A stretch of 64,000 nt of DNA, from positions 71,149,923 to 71,213,922 of the forward strand of contig NC_068984.1 in the NCBI RefSeq assembly GCF_001194135.2. Direction: 5' to 3'. Below, in pieces: positions 50,941-63,990 of this stretch. Numbering within the stretch: position 1 is the first letter of the stretch; each line of letters opens with the position of its first letter. The translations under genes were made by a program, and so were the position numbers. The notes under the pieces are model-generated. The model was given only the letters and a program-made list of their open reading frames with translations. It did no database searches and was not told where the DNA came from. Source of the stretch: Octopus bimaculoides. Its lineage: Eukaryota.

Positions 50941-52015
50941 CTGGGAAAATAGCGTTGTGGTGACAGTGAAATGTCATAAATGCCAGACTTTAGTAAAGAG
51001 TTAGGTACCTTTTGATTGCGAAGTGAACATATTAACCAGTGAGCTATTCTCGACGCATGCATATATTACACATACATCCATATATGTGTCTGTCATCAAA
51101 CACATACACACACACACACACACATACACACACACACACACGGTTACATACAAAGAGAAAAAGAGAGAGAGATAATGAGAGCGCGAATTGATTATTTCTA
51201 ACCTCTAATCATATTGAGGCTGTCATGATACTAAATAGCTACTATTGTTCATTGGCTATTAATATGTCATAGATAAAATCTTTGACAACACTATTGTTTT
51301 AATTCTTCTGAATATTTATTCAACAAGACAGACAGAGAACCAGCCATTAAAGAACATTAAAATTGTATATTACCAAAATAACTTCATTATATTATTTTTA
51401 TTTAATTCCGCTTCCTTGTTACTGTTGGTTACTACTTTAGTAATATAGGGATACGTTGTCATATTTCAGGAAAATATTTGGCCAATTCGAAATCAAACTT
51501 TCTCTGATAACTAAATGATGTCTACTAATTTAAACAACTGTAACAATTCAGCAAATTCAGCTAAATACTTGGATATATTTTTTCTTGTAGGGCTAGGTAC
51601 CTCCTTGTTTTCCCAGAACCATAGACATTCTATTTCTTCTTCCTATTTTGATGCATGCATTTATTGATCTACATAACATTGTTTATGATAATAAATACTT
51701 GATTCACTTCATTTTCTTTGCATAGCCGATGTTGCTTAAGGAATAACGTTAAATTATTTTTCATTATGATAAAAACTCTGATTGCTGCTTCGGTTTAGAT
51801 TCATAGTGTAGTTTAGTGTGCAAAAAATACGTAATACTCGAACGCACAACCCAGGAGGTAGAGTAATAGTATATATGTTTGCTTATTCTTATGAAAAATC
51901 AACCGAGCTGAAAGTTTTAAGCAATTAAACTCATTTTTTTTTTGTTTTTAATTCCCCCCACATTTTCTGAAGGACAGTCTTGGTCTTCAATCACTCATGT
52001 CAGCCTAATGTAAAA

Positions 52016-52620
52016 TCAGAGATGGCTCTTAATTTTTAGGATCGGTTCCGGTTCTGAAACTTTTGGGAATGCGTATACTCGACCACATGGAACCTTGTAT
52101 TTAATACCCATTTGCCTGACCCGCGAAGAAATTTTTAAAAAATTAAATTTAAAAAAAATGAAGCGAATTGCATGGAGGTAACGATTGATGTAGTCTAAGT
52201 ACTTTCGCCTTTCTAATATCAGCAGATATACCTTCTTCAAATAACACACTCACCAAACTAAGAAATAAATAAATAAAAAGCACATAATTTAGTAGCAGAT
52301 ACCTTAGACATAAAACAGGTAGGATGGTTATGCTAGAACGCATTTCCTACTAAACGCTTGTTATTGCTTTGGTAAATGAGAGTAAGGGGTGAGTTGAAAC
52401 ACTTATGGAAAGGCGTGGAAATGATTTGATGGAATAAATAAAGAGCCTACTAAAACAATAATTAAAACAAGATTTATGATATTTAAAAGGTGATTTGCCT
52501 TGATAAGGACTTGCAATTGCCTCTCTACTGTTTCTCTTCAATTCCTCAATATTTTAGCTACCACTGAAGAGTTCCGAATTCTCCGTTAGTTCTTTCCGCA
52601 TTGTGAGCACTGAAGAGCCA
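52016..52620 (-). mobile_element. Possible decayed CR1-like LINE ORF2 remnants
   Basis: Weak resemblance only (EAIASPYQGKSPFKYHKS; RQMGIKYKV). Confidence 0.3.
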
Positions 52621-54977
52621 GGTTTTATGGTTATGTTGCTTCTAATTTGAGCAACTCGGGCTACTTTGTTAATAGTCCACCTATACAATATTTTTGTTTT
52701 CTCCTACAAACATTTCTCCGATTATTTCCTACCTACATTAGCTTTTATTAATAAGTGCAACGATACCCTAAAAGGTTTGGTTTTATTGGTTTTAGATACT
52801 TTATATGTCAATTACTTTCACATTTTTCATTTTATGGTAACTTGTGAACTAGCTAAACAGCACAATATACACTTCCAAATATCGAAAATTATACAACACT
52901 ACACGAAACAAATAAAACATCAGTACGATACAAGTTTCATTTCAGAATGGATACTAACCATAAATAGAAAACAATAATGAACATTTAATAGAAAAAAAAA
53001 AGAAAATTCAAACGGTTTCACAAGCATCGTGAACGATAGAGGTAACAATAATAGTAACAATACTCGGAAAGTCATACGCAGAAAATTTTGATAGATAAAG
53101 CAAATAGTGGAAGTGTGAAGCATTTTGTATTGCCTTTTTGGTTACACAGAACGAGAGTTTTCATTTGACAATTTTCTAGAAAATGGTTTTACTTTGAGAA
53201 TTGTATAAAACCGAGAGAAGAAGAAAATAACACATCTATAATGTTAGAATGAGGGGGAGACTTTCCGGTTCCCAACCAGCAGCATCTCGTAGGTGCCCTA
53301 CCAGAAATATCGGAAGGTGTTTTCTCTTTTGAGCCGGATACTTTCTACTTTACATTAACAACCGAGTATAGGTATACATCCGCACATGTACTCGACATTT
53401 ATATATGTGGCATAGAAAAGAAAAAGCCTTGATCAGGCATATCGATAAGGATATTGAACAGTGTCTTTTCGACTCATTTATATCCCAGTAAAACTTGTGT
53501 ATAGCGGAAACATAGCAAAATGTGAAATGAGACCGAGTGAAGCCAGGATAGCTTTGCATGTCTTAGTGATCACTGACAAGAAGAAAGATATACCCGAGTT
53601 GTGCCCTATTGAAGATACCTTGACTGAGAGCATGTCTATGAATGTTTAAAGCAAATAGTCTAGTTGTTATATATGCCATAGAAAATTCACTTCAGCGTCA
53701 TTTGCATTGAGAAACTGAAACGCTAGAGAAACAGAACAGAAAGGTATCCAACGGAGAGCAACTAATTCTAGAACATAATCTACAGGAACTACTTTCTAGA
53801 TCAGTATCAACTACATCTCAAAGAGTTGTCATCGTGTGCCAAGTCATAGACACAAGTGAACAGGTATGTGTATGTCAACTCCGACTTAACCCCGATTTAG
53901 CAACCAAACTAGCACTACCACTTATTTTGTCACAAGTAGTATGTTATTTAAGAGGTTCCAGAATTTTAAAAAAACGGCATCTGAAAGTGAAATTTTAGAA
54001 ATGAATGAAGAGGTTATAAAGTAGCCTGAACAGAAAAGCTGGAAGGTTGGTCCTACTCAATAAAACACCATAGTATTCACATTAATGCGACAGGATAACT
54101 GATATGTGGTAGATTTGTGCATAAGAAAATCTCTCAATTATAAAGGAGATATTTTCAGGAGAAAATATTACTGCCTTTTTAAACATCCGAACCCAGAGTA
54201 AAGATCTCACCACGGGATTATTTTCGCTATTTCTTCACTGGACATGATCGGTGGCCTAGTGACTGAAGTCTTTTATGAAAGAGCAACTGCTAATCCTCTA
54301 TGAGCCCCCAAAATTCAATATTAAAGATTGAAACGTAAAGAGGAGCATTCAAGCTACAGAAATCTTTGATGAGCAATGGCCGAAAGAGACATTAATATCA
54401 TTGTTACACAGAAGAATTTTGAGAGACCAGCATCTTATCCTGCTGGTGATTTATCTTTCCCCAACTTAATACTATAGAACACTTGAAATAAACATTGGAT
54501 CTATTAATCATCATGATTCGCTTCAGCATATTCAATTACTATTAAATTAATAACTTGTAGTGAAGTGACAGAAATGTCAATTACTTTATTCTAAATCAAA
54601 AGGATCAATGAAATCGGGCTTATCTTCGATTTTCCAAATGTTAGCTGGACGAGAAATAGATCTCCACCTGGATAGAGTTAACACGTATATTATGGTTTCC
54701 ATCTTTCTGCACTGCTTATATCAGAGTGTTATACAAATGTTATTGTTCCTATTCGAAGGGGAGAAGGACTTGTTGGGGTGTTGAACAAAATGCTATTTAG
54801 CATTTGTTTTGGCTCTTTACTATCGTAGGCTGAATTCCGCTGCAATCAACATTACATTTTATCTACCTGAGAACTACTATAAAATGAAATACCTATAAAA
54901 TAAAGCGCCTATAAATTACCTATAAATACAATTACCTATTTATAAAGTATTTATGAAGTACCTATAAAATAAAGTAC

Positions 54978-55034
54978 CAGGTTGCGGATTGGCGAATTTG
55001 TATACAACGTTGGGCAAATACTCGCAAAGTTCAC
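54978..55034 (-). CDS. Candidate 57-nt exon (G-ELCEYLPNVVYKFANPQP)
   Basis: Acceptor tatcgttgcAG, donor ctg|GTACTT; phase 1-1; 77-nt intron to the upstream exon. Confidence 0.6.
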
Positions 55035-55111
55035 CTGCAACGATACTAGTGTCAAACTGCATCAGCATTAACCTTTCATTAGAGACCTCGGTAGTATGAG
55101 GGGAGACTTTA

Positions 55112-55129
55112 CCTGCAAATATCGATTTA
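55112..55129 (-). CDS. Candidate 18-nt exon (D-KSIFA)
   Basis: Acceptor ttgttttcctttcaAG, donor cag|GTAAAG; phase 1-1. Confidence 0.55.
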
Positions 55130-55399
55130 TCTTGAAAGGAAAACAACTTTGAGGAGATGTGCGTAATGAAAAAGAATATTGCATATAGTGATAAAAGATT
55201 AACCATATAAGACGGAGATCTCAGAGATGTACCTCAGAGATGGTGACCTTTGTTGTTTACTGTCAAATGTCGTGACCATGAAAGTATACAGTACACGTGG
55301 CTAGATATAAGCTCTAAAGGATGAGGGCTTTATTTTTGTTGTGTTTAACTCGCTGCTCTCTCAGAAAAGTGCTGCGGAGTCGTAAATGTTAACGCAGCA

Positions 55400-55570
55400 T
55401 AGTTAAATTGCCGGAAAAAAATGCTTAGCGATATTTCGTCCGTTCTAAGTTCAAATACTGCTGAGGTTGACTTTACCTTTCATCATTCAAGATCGATGAA
55501 ATATGTACCAGTTGAGCACTGTGGTCGAAGAAATCGACTAATCACTCCATAAAATTGCAGGCACTTCTGC
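55400..55570 (+). mobile_element. Degenerate family-A SINE
   Basis: aaatgcttagcgatatttcgtccgttctaagttcaaatactgctgaggttgactttacc. Confidence 0.75.
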
Positions 55571-55723
55571 CTGCGATTAAAAGGATTATTCATGGGATGA
55601 GCCAATAAATGAAGCCCTATAAAAGTCATTATCAGGACAAAAGACAGAAGGTCAAGTTCCCCGCTTCCATATGAACCAATTACAATGTCATATAAAAGAT
55701 AGAAGGCTTTATGGAAAATGTAC

Positions 55724-55768
55724 CTTTCTCAGTATGTAATGTCCTACAAAAGAAGTTTCTAGTTACAA
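55724..55768 (-). CDS. Candidate 45-nt exon (VTRNFFCRTLHTEK)
   Basis: Acceptor tgctttccAG, donor aag|GTACAT; only phase 1 is open, 1-1. Confidence 0.6.
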
Positions 55769-55999
55769 CTGGAAAGCATTTGCTTATACAAATTCTCAAT
55801 CAATGTAAATCAGGGATTAAATCATAAAAAAAGAAAACAATTCAATATATATTTCGATGTGATATACAAATTATTAGAAAAATAAAATATCGATTTCGCT
55901 GTTTAATTGAGATAGAAAGAATCGCTGCTCTCAATACTTTCAATATTAATGAATACAATGCATGCATGTAAATGATCATTGTTTGAGAGGGAGGTGGGA

Positions 56000-56630
56000 T
56001 AGAGTGGGGGTGAGTAGATTGTCAGATTAGTAGTTGATATTGAGACAAAGGAATTGGGCTGGCATTGGGGGTGGTGTTATGATATGGAGTGGTGTATGAA
56101 ATTGAATAGAAGGTATGAATAGGGAAGGCTAGAAGTAGATTGGTGAGTTTTCAAAGGAGTGGGTAGTGTTATGTACCTTTGAAAGTGGGGAGAGTGAAGA
56201 GGCAAAGCGGGAAGTGTGAAGTAGTTGATTTGAAGAATTTGGAAGAAATTGAAAATGTGTGTTAGAGAAGGAAAGCTTTTAAGTAGTAGGCTGCTAGTCT
56301 TAATTTTCTTAGTCTAAGGTTTTTGGGGTAGGCAGTGATTACTGAACGAGGAGTACTGCGCTAGCAATTCATCAGGCTAAAGACCCCTTAATGAAATGAA
56401 GGTTACATTGTCGTCAAGGGACTCCATATTAACACGCAGAGATTTGCCAGAAAATGGGTGGGAAGGTAGAGTGAGAGAAAAAAAGGAAAGCATGCGTGAA
56501 GAAATGATATATGGTAGGGGGTAAATGTCTAAAGTCGTTAAAGCAAAGAAAAGGAGAGGCGGAATAGTAGGAGGAAATTTGGTAGCAATGAAGCTGGCTA
56601 CGGGAAGGTCTTTGCGCGTTTAGGCTGGGA
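56000..56630 (-). mobile_element. Possible decayed LINE 3' region (CR1/Jockey-like)
   Basis: Strongly purine-skewed block with weak resemblance to the LINE ORF2 C-terminus. Confidence 0.3.
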
Positions 56631-56687
56631 TCATGTTCTACGTCTACTGTAAAATAAATAAATAAATATTTTGGAACCCTGTAAATA

Positions 56688-58705
56688 CCTATGTTTATAA
56701 AATTGAGTTTGTGTGTGTGTATGTATGTGTGTCTGTGTGTCAGTGTGTCTGTGTGTCTGTGTGTCAGTGTGTCAGTGTGTGTGTAGACATTTATGTTTTT
56801 TATAGAAATCCACATTCAATGTCCGATAGACCTCAAATTTTATGCACATACTCGTTAAGGTCAGAGCTAGGTCATGGCGAATAAATCACCCCTGTGACCT
56901 ACACGCATAATCGGGGGCAGAATCATAAATTGACCTTATGAACACATGTGCTGCTGAACTTTTGTTCATGCCTTAATTGCTCAGTTTTACAAGTTAATGT
57001 GTTATTTTGTGGGGAGAGAGCATAAAGGCTCATGCACCAACACGTTTTGTACCTCTAGCTATCCTTTTGACACATTTTTTTGCTCAATAAATGAAGCACT
57101 TATCCTTTCTTTGCCAGAGTTCAATGTAATGCTATCTTAAAAAGCTGAACGTGTAATCATTACATCGTTAGACTTTTTATTTTGAAGAAAGACAGCAAAA
57201 GAACCCGTGTTCCATACTTTTTGCAAGTTCCAATGATAATTCCATTTGAGCAATAGGCGTTCTTAATCGAGGGCCATAGCGGTAGTTCGTTGTACAAAAT
57301 CACGTCAAACCTTCTGAAGTCCTATTACTGCTTGCAATAGCTTCTCCCTTAACCATACCCCCGCCTTAGTTGCTGTGTATGGTGTTACTTAGGGGGTAGA
57401 GACAACAAGGCGCGCATCATCACTTTTTGCAGCCTTACTCACCCTAATGAGCAACGCAGCCTCAACAGCGTCTGCTGGAGCTGCTGAAACCCCAGAAGAG
57501 TGTTCCCAGCGTCGGTCACGTAATGCGGCATCAAGGGCTTCCACACGAGCTACCGAACCTAAACTTCAACGTGCTCAACGACGGTCCAGCAAAGCAGTCT
57601 CAATACCATCTACCCGAGCAGCCGAAACACCAGAATAGCATTCACAGCGGCGGTCACATGATGTGACGTCAAGGGCTCCACATGAGCTGCCGAAACTGAA
57701 CATCAATGTGCTCAACGAAGGTGCAGCAACGCAACCTCAACAACGTCTACCCGAGTAGATGAAACACCAGAACAGCGTTCCCAGCGTCGGTCACGTAATG
57801 CGGAATCAAGGGCTTTCACACGAGCTAGCGAACCTGTACCGCAACGTTCTCAACGACGGTCCAGCAATGCAGTCTCAACAGCGTCTACCCGAGCAGTTGA
57901 AACACCAGAACAGCGTTCCAATCGGCGGTCACGCGATACGGCGTCAAGAGCTTCCACACGAGCTGCCGAAACTGAACAGCAACGTGCACCAACATGGTCA
58001 ACGACGGTCCAGCAACGCATCCTCTGCAGCTGCTGTTTGCAATGCCGAAGCCGATGAGAAACGACACAGCCGCCATGCAGCTTCTGGCACCCGACGAAAC
58101 ATCCAGCAGGGTCTATGTGTTCCGTGCAGTGCACGATGGTTAAGGGAAGCGTTCGAGTATAAGCATGATTGTGATTACGCCCAACACCCCGATTTGGTGG
58201 TTTCCTCTATGCTAAATGTTTGCCCCTTCTGCAATGCAACGCCTGGATTACCATCTGGCATGTGCTGTACGAATGGAAAAGTCCTCCTTCCCATTTTGGA
58301 CGACCCACCTGAGCCATTGCAGTATCTTTTAACAGGCGCAGACGACGAATGCCGGCACTTCCGGAGCAACATGAGAAAGTATAACTGCGCCTTTCAGATT
58401 ACATCATTTGGTGACTACATTTAAAATTCAGGGGCAGATTTACCACAGAATTGGGCCTCTTCTACCCGCTGCCAACAAAACACCGCAGTTCCTCCAGGGG
58501 TACTTTGTCTGTAACTACGAAACACAGGCAGCACGCCGAAGAGCTATCTCCCCGGCACAAGTTTTGAAGTAATTCCTCAACTCCAGGAAATGTTGCAGAT
58601 GAATAACTCTTACGCAAAAAGCTTTAAGTATGCTTTGGAATTTCCATCAGTGCCGGACTTCACAGTGGTTATTGACGGTGACAAATGGCCACGGGAATAT
58701 GGCAA
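56688..58705 (+). mobile_element. Helitron 5' half: 5' terminus, N-terminal repeats, Zn finger and start of Rep region (pseudogenised)
   Basis: The 5' end a|cctatgtttataaaattgagtttgtgtgtg resembles TCTATATATATAAAA.. . Translation includes NVCPFCNA..GMCCTNGKVLLPILDDPPEPLQYLL..HFRSNMRKYNCAFQITSFG, FKIQGQIYHRIGPLLP..PQFLQGYF, with frameshifts and stops. Confidence 0.92.
57450..58020 (+). repeat. ~138-bp (46-codon) tandem repeat in the Helitron ORF N-terminus
   Basis: Unit starts at 57450, 57588, 57725, 57863 and 58011 (SNAxSTASTRAAETPEQRSQRRSRNAASRA...). Confidence 0.9.
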
Positions 58706-58790
58706 AGTTGTTTAGAGCGCGGGCTACTAACCCCAACATTCCAAGTTCGATTCCAAGCAGTGACCTGAATAATAATAACAAAAATAATGA
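58706..58790 (+). mobile_element. Short tRNA-derived SINE truncating the Helitron
   Basis: tagagcgcgggctactaacccc..ccaaGTTCGATTCCaagcagtgacctgaataataataac. Confidence 0.7.
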
Positions 58791-58989
58791 TATTAAAAAT
58801 AATAACAACAACAACATCGAAAAATATCCGTCAATTGTAAATAATGTAAATAATTCCTCATTTCTTAAATACACAACTGAATTAGAGAATTACATAATAG
58901 AAAAGACTTCGGCGATGTATAGATCACATTTTTTATTTATTCGGCCTTGTGCTACATTTTGAGACCGCTTGTATTTTGTTTTCATGAGG

Positions 58990-59800
58990 TTCATTTTAAG
59001 TCCTACAAATTAACGCGTGGACTTCATCCCAATTTATTTACTTTAAACACAGTTATTTGCTTTGAAATACATGCCGATACTGACTGGCAAGCAGTGAGGA
59101 CGAACTCGTTAATGCCCTCAACGTCAGAGATACAAAAAACGACCGATGTCTACACGAACCAATATCTTAAAATCTTAAGAAATGAAATAACACGATGGAA
59201 CTCTTTTAAGCAAGCAATGAAACCAACAGAGTTTTCAAAGACTTCGTTGTTCGTTGACTGCCTCAAAATAACAATCAAAATACACTTTTACTTCTAATTT
59301 GTAAATAAAAGCACTCTGCAGATCTATGTTTTGTATTAAAATTTGTTTCGATATAGAGTTTATCTAACGAGGGAACGGAAGCGCGTTCCATATAAACATA
59401 ACACTATTACAGATACTCGCCCTTAGGCATATCATAAATTAACTCAATATCTCCTAGCAAACGCTGTCGTATTTGCCGAATTTCCAATGAATTCAGTAGT
59501 ATAAACCGAAGAACTATGTTACACCTCCTGAACTATGGTTATCCAAAGAAGATTGTCAAAGTCATAATCATCTCGTATGACAAACACATAAATATTGTGC
59601 AAAATCCAGCCAGTCCAAAAGAAGTTGTTTTTTTTAATTCCAATTTCCAAACAGCAGCGACTGTCAAATCAATAAGCCGATCACCGGATAGCAACTGATG
59701 GGAATAGTTAACAGCGTGATATTATTTCCTTCTCTTCAGTTATCTGCTTTGCATCGGTGATTGACATGAAATTGAAGTTTAATGATTGGTATTCAGGAAG
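58990..59800 (+). mobile_element. Decayed Penelope-like RT/thumb remnant
   Basis: GLHPNLFT (cf. NSLHPxLKFT), TDVYT, HLLNYGYPKKIVKVII (cf. LxxNGYPxxxI). Confidence 0.5.
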
Positions 59801-61877
59801 CCCATTGTCGATGATTCGTATTACAGAAAAATCACGCATCTCTAATATGGATCATCGAAATCAAGAAAGATCTATTTATGGAAAGATTCAAAGATAAAAA
59901 TGGATGGAAGGAAAGTAAATTAAAAAAGACAGATATACAGACAGTGATTTGTAGTTCTTCCTCTATGTTGCAATGTCAGATCAGCTTTCATGAACGTACG
60001 ATTTTTATATCGTAGGGATTATCTAAGTTTCTTGGCTAACATATATCTAATCTTCAGGTTAGCTTCATAAGAATATTTAGTGGTATTGCAGCACTGACAT
60101 ATACTTAAAGAAAAATTAATTTAAAACCATTAAGAAAGCATCTTACTCTGTCAATATGTTTTAATATAGATTGTTTTATTAATATTGCGCTTTTCGCTTT
60201 TTATTTTGGTGCTATCATCAAAGAATTATGGTTTTTGCTATAATGAAAAAATTCAATAAAAGGCACAAAACGAAATAATAGTGGTGAATAAATAAATGAA
60301 AGAAGAATTTTGTAAATATAATAAGTTGCGGTAAAAAAAGAAAACAAAAGTTACTGAAATTAAATAACACAAACAGGTTTAACGAATTAAAATAACTGGT
60401 GAATAAAAAAATCAACAGTAGGAAATGCTGTGAAAGAGAAAGAGAGAGAATGAGAGAGAGAAAGGAATAAGCAAAGTAAAAGAGAAAGGTGCGGTAGAGA
60501 TTTGGGTGTGGGGATAGTGTGAGTGCATGAGTGTGTTAGAGAGAATGTGAAATATCAAAATATAATTTACTGCAAGGCTACTTGGTCATGTTGCTGTCAC
60601 TTCAATAAAAGATTTTCAAATTTAAATGCATTGTATTTGCTTAATCTAATTGGAAAATCAATTTTGATTCTTGCTTCACTCACTTCAGTTCCGAAAGGTA
60701 AAGATTATTCACTAAATTATTCCAGTAATTGCCAAATCAACTGCAAACATAAATTCTGCAGAATGCACACATCAGAGAAATATTTTCCCATCCAGCCATT
60801 GTGAAATAAATTCTCCGATTATTCTTGTGGTAATTATAAATTGACGTATCATTCATTAACCTCCGCAAAACATATAAATAATAAAGAATAACGCTTCAAT
60901 ATGAAGTTTATAGTTAAAGCGCCTCATAATTACTTTGTTCCTTTATTTATGTATTTAAATCTTTATAATCTTTGTTTATTTTATTTCTTTTAAGCTATAT
61001 TCCCATTTAAAAAGTGGTTTTTCCCCGTATTTCTCAAATAAAACAATGAATGATTGTTGAATATACAAAAGCATGTTATTACTAGGATCTTGTTGCATGG
61101 AGGCTTGGAAATAGATAAGATTGCAGAATAGATATTTAAATAAGACAGCAATACAGAATCAAAAAGTAAAAAGCAAAACACCACAGAAAGAAAATAGAAA
61201 GCAAAATTGAAATAGAAATTCAATTAATTTGACATTCAATTAAATAAGAAGATATAAAGTATAAAATCAAACCTTCAATGCGAAAAAAAAATAGAGACAT
61301 ATTTTAAAATTAATACCTGAAATGTTACTAAGCTATATTTAATATATTTACAGAGAAGATTTGAACAGGGATGTAGAAAATCGGAGTTGTTTCTTTGTAT
61401 TTTATTTTATTTCATTACAACACATTTTCTAACATGAGTTCAAAACCGAGCTGCTACTAACTTAATCTTATTTTTTCAATGCATGCATTTGAAGAAGTAA
61501 ATGTTATTACAGCGGTTATGATTTTAGCGAATGTGACCGCACTAAAACATATGTTTCTGCCAAAAGCAAAATTCAATGTTTCCATATGAAATGCCCGGCT
61601 GCATTTAGTCACGTGATTATATCCTTACTCTATCGAATTCTGTCAACGGCGTGGTTTGAACACAAAACGTAATGCACTGCAATAAATACTGGAAGGAATT
61701 TCTTCTCACACCCTACCGATACTCTCATTTCTTTGCCTTTTGTTTCTGATTTAGGCACAAGTACACACCTTCTGAGAGAGTACGGCTAACTGGTACAATG
61801 GATCCCAGTACTTCAGAAATATGTCGATTCCAAAGAAAGGACAGCAAAGGGGATCACGGCAAAATTTAAAGATCACA

Positions 61878-62320
61878 AGGCGGCGAGCTGGTAGAAACCT
61901 TAGCATGCCGGGCGAAATGCTTAGCGGTATTTCATCTGCCGTTACGTTCTGAGTTCAAATTCCGCCGAGGTCGACTTTGCATTTCATCCTTTCGGGGTCG
62001 ATAAATAAAGTACCAGTTATGCACTGGAGTCGATGTCATCGACTTAATCCATTTGGCTGTCATTGTTTGTCCCCTCTATGTTTAGCCCCTTGTGGGCAAT
62101 AAAGAAATAAGAAACGTTAGCAGGCCGGGCGAAATGCTTAGCGGTATTTCGTCTGCCGCTACGTTCTGAGTTCAAATTCCGCCGAGGTCGACTTTACTTT
62201 TCATCCTTTCGGAGTCGATAAATTATGTACCAGTTACGCACTGGAGTCGATGCAATCGACTTAATCAATTTGTCCTTGTTTGTCACCTTTATTTTTAGCC
62301 CCTTGTGGGCAATAAAGAAA
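61878..62320 (+). mobile_element. Head-to-tail dimer of family-A SINE (well preserved)
   Basis: The two copies are closely similar; the second starts at agaaacgttagc directly after the aataaagaaata tail of the first. Confidence 0.92.
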
Positions 62321-62629
62321 TCAGAATTTGAAGATCAGAAAGAAGACTTAATACTGTACTCTTTCAGACGATTGGAACCCCAATCAGACCATCGAGGACA
62401 GTTCCCAATCTGTTTGAGCAAAATATTAAAATCTGCACAACACAGTTATATGCCGAAAAGTATTCCTTTCTTTAAACGTTTTTTTCAGCTGCACTTTTTC
62501 TCCTCAACTCATAACACACGAGGGATTCATCGCTTCTGCTACTACTTGCGATAAATATCTGCCAAGAGGTCTCCAGCCAATCTACCATGCATTAGCAAAC
62601 TTCTCAGATTGACCATCGAAACCAGATTT

Positions 62630-62850
62630 TTATACCGTGCCATCGCTTGCCGTAATTCCACGGCTGTTCACTGCTTTCGCAAGACACCATTTCTCTGATT
62701 GTAGTTGATCATCAAGGTATACTGTTGAACACTTTCCACGTTCCAACTCGCTAGCTATCGCCATAGTCCAGGAAAAATTCTGTAAGAAAACCGCACACAT
62801 CTCCATGTTCGAAATCCTTGCAATATCGAATTTTTTTGAGTTATACAATC
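62630..62850 (-). mobile_element. Possible L1/Tx1 AP-endonuclease remnant
   Basis: KFDIARISNME... weakly resembles the DIAxIxET motif. Confidence 0.35.
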
Positions 62851-62869
62851 AGTTATTATTATTATTATA

Positions 62870-62901
<32 letters not shown>

Positions 62902-63047
62902 CATTATTATTATTATTATTAATATTGAGTGTGAAAGTGGTGCATGCCATCAACATGGCACGGGGGAAAATACACGAAGCCAAGTATAATGACTACCTGT
63001 CTGAGAAGGCAACAACAGGTAGATGTAGTAGTAGCAGCAGCAGCATC

Positions 63048-63091
<44 letters not shown>

Positions 63092-63527
63092 GAGTAGTAG
63101 CAGTATTCTGTAGACTTATTTATATAACGTGCTTTCACAGCACCACCGAGTGCAGCTTTGCGTGTCTTGGGTGTACTTTGTTGTGATGCTCTTATAGTTA
63201 CTGTATTGAAAGGGTTTTACGTAGGATGTGGGCGGTGCCTAGTAGTGCTATTTACTGTACGTTATATATATTTTTTAGTACTAGTGTTTATGTTTTGGTT
63301 TTGTCTTAACATTTTTTATCATACCTATTTCTCCCACTATTATAGGAATCGTTTCTAGTTTTTGTCTCCACGTTTGAATTGCCTCTATTTCCAGGTCTTT
63401 TTATTTTGAAAGTTTCTCCATTTCTTATAGAGAAACGTTGTCGTCTGTTGGTATTGATACATCAATTAGAAAACATTTTTTCTTCCTCTGACAATTATAT
63501 CTGGTATACTGGCCTTAATTTATTTCT

Positions 63528-63575
<48 letters not shown>

Positions 63576-63790
63576 CAGCGAGCTGGCAGAAACGTTAGCA
63601 CTCAGAACGTAGCGACGTGCGAAATGGTTAGTTGCATTTCGTCCGTCGCTACGTACTGAGTTCAAATTCCGCCGAGATCGACTTTGCCTTTCATCTCTTC
63701 GGGGTCGATAAATTGAGTAACAACGAAACCCTGGCTCCATGTAATCGACTATCCCCCATCCCCCGATTCTCAAGCCTTGTGCCTATAGCA
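63576..63790 (+). mobile_element. Family-A SINE with internal inverted duplication
   Basis: Consensus match; 63601-63660 forms a long hairpin. Confidence 0.88.
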
Positions 63791-63794
63791 GGAT

Positions 63795-63916
63795 TATCAT
63801 CATCATCATCATCATTATTATTGTTGTTGTTGTTGTTGTTATTATTATTAGCAGTAGTTGTAGTAGTAGTGACAATAGTAGTAGAAGCAGCAGCAGCAGC
63901 AGCAACAGCGATGGTT

Positions 63917-63975
<59 letters not shown>

Positions 63976-63990
63976 TGTAGTAGTAGTTAA
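63795..63990. repeat. Compound trinucleotide microsatellite (CAT/TAT/GTT/TAG/CAG)
   Basis: Directly visible. Confidence 0.97.

Noticed and set aside
54211-54269. Exon candidate TSVTRPPIMSSEEIAKIIP
   Set aside because: Phase 0 to 2 is incompatible with the flanking phase-1 exons.
60010-60060. CUGAAGA...GAAAC on the minus strand
   Set aside because: Helix I and III do not pair convincingly.
61310-61330. Another minus-strand AG|GT (catttcag|gtatta)
   Set aside because: Weak pyrimidine tract and donor; such matches are expected by chance in AT-rich DNA.
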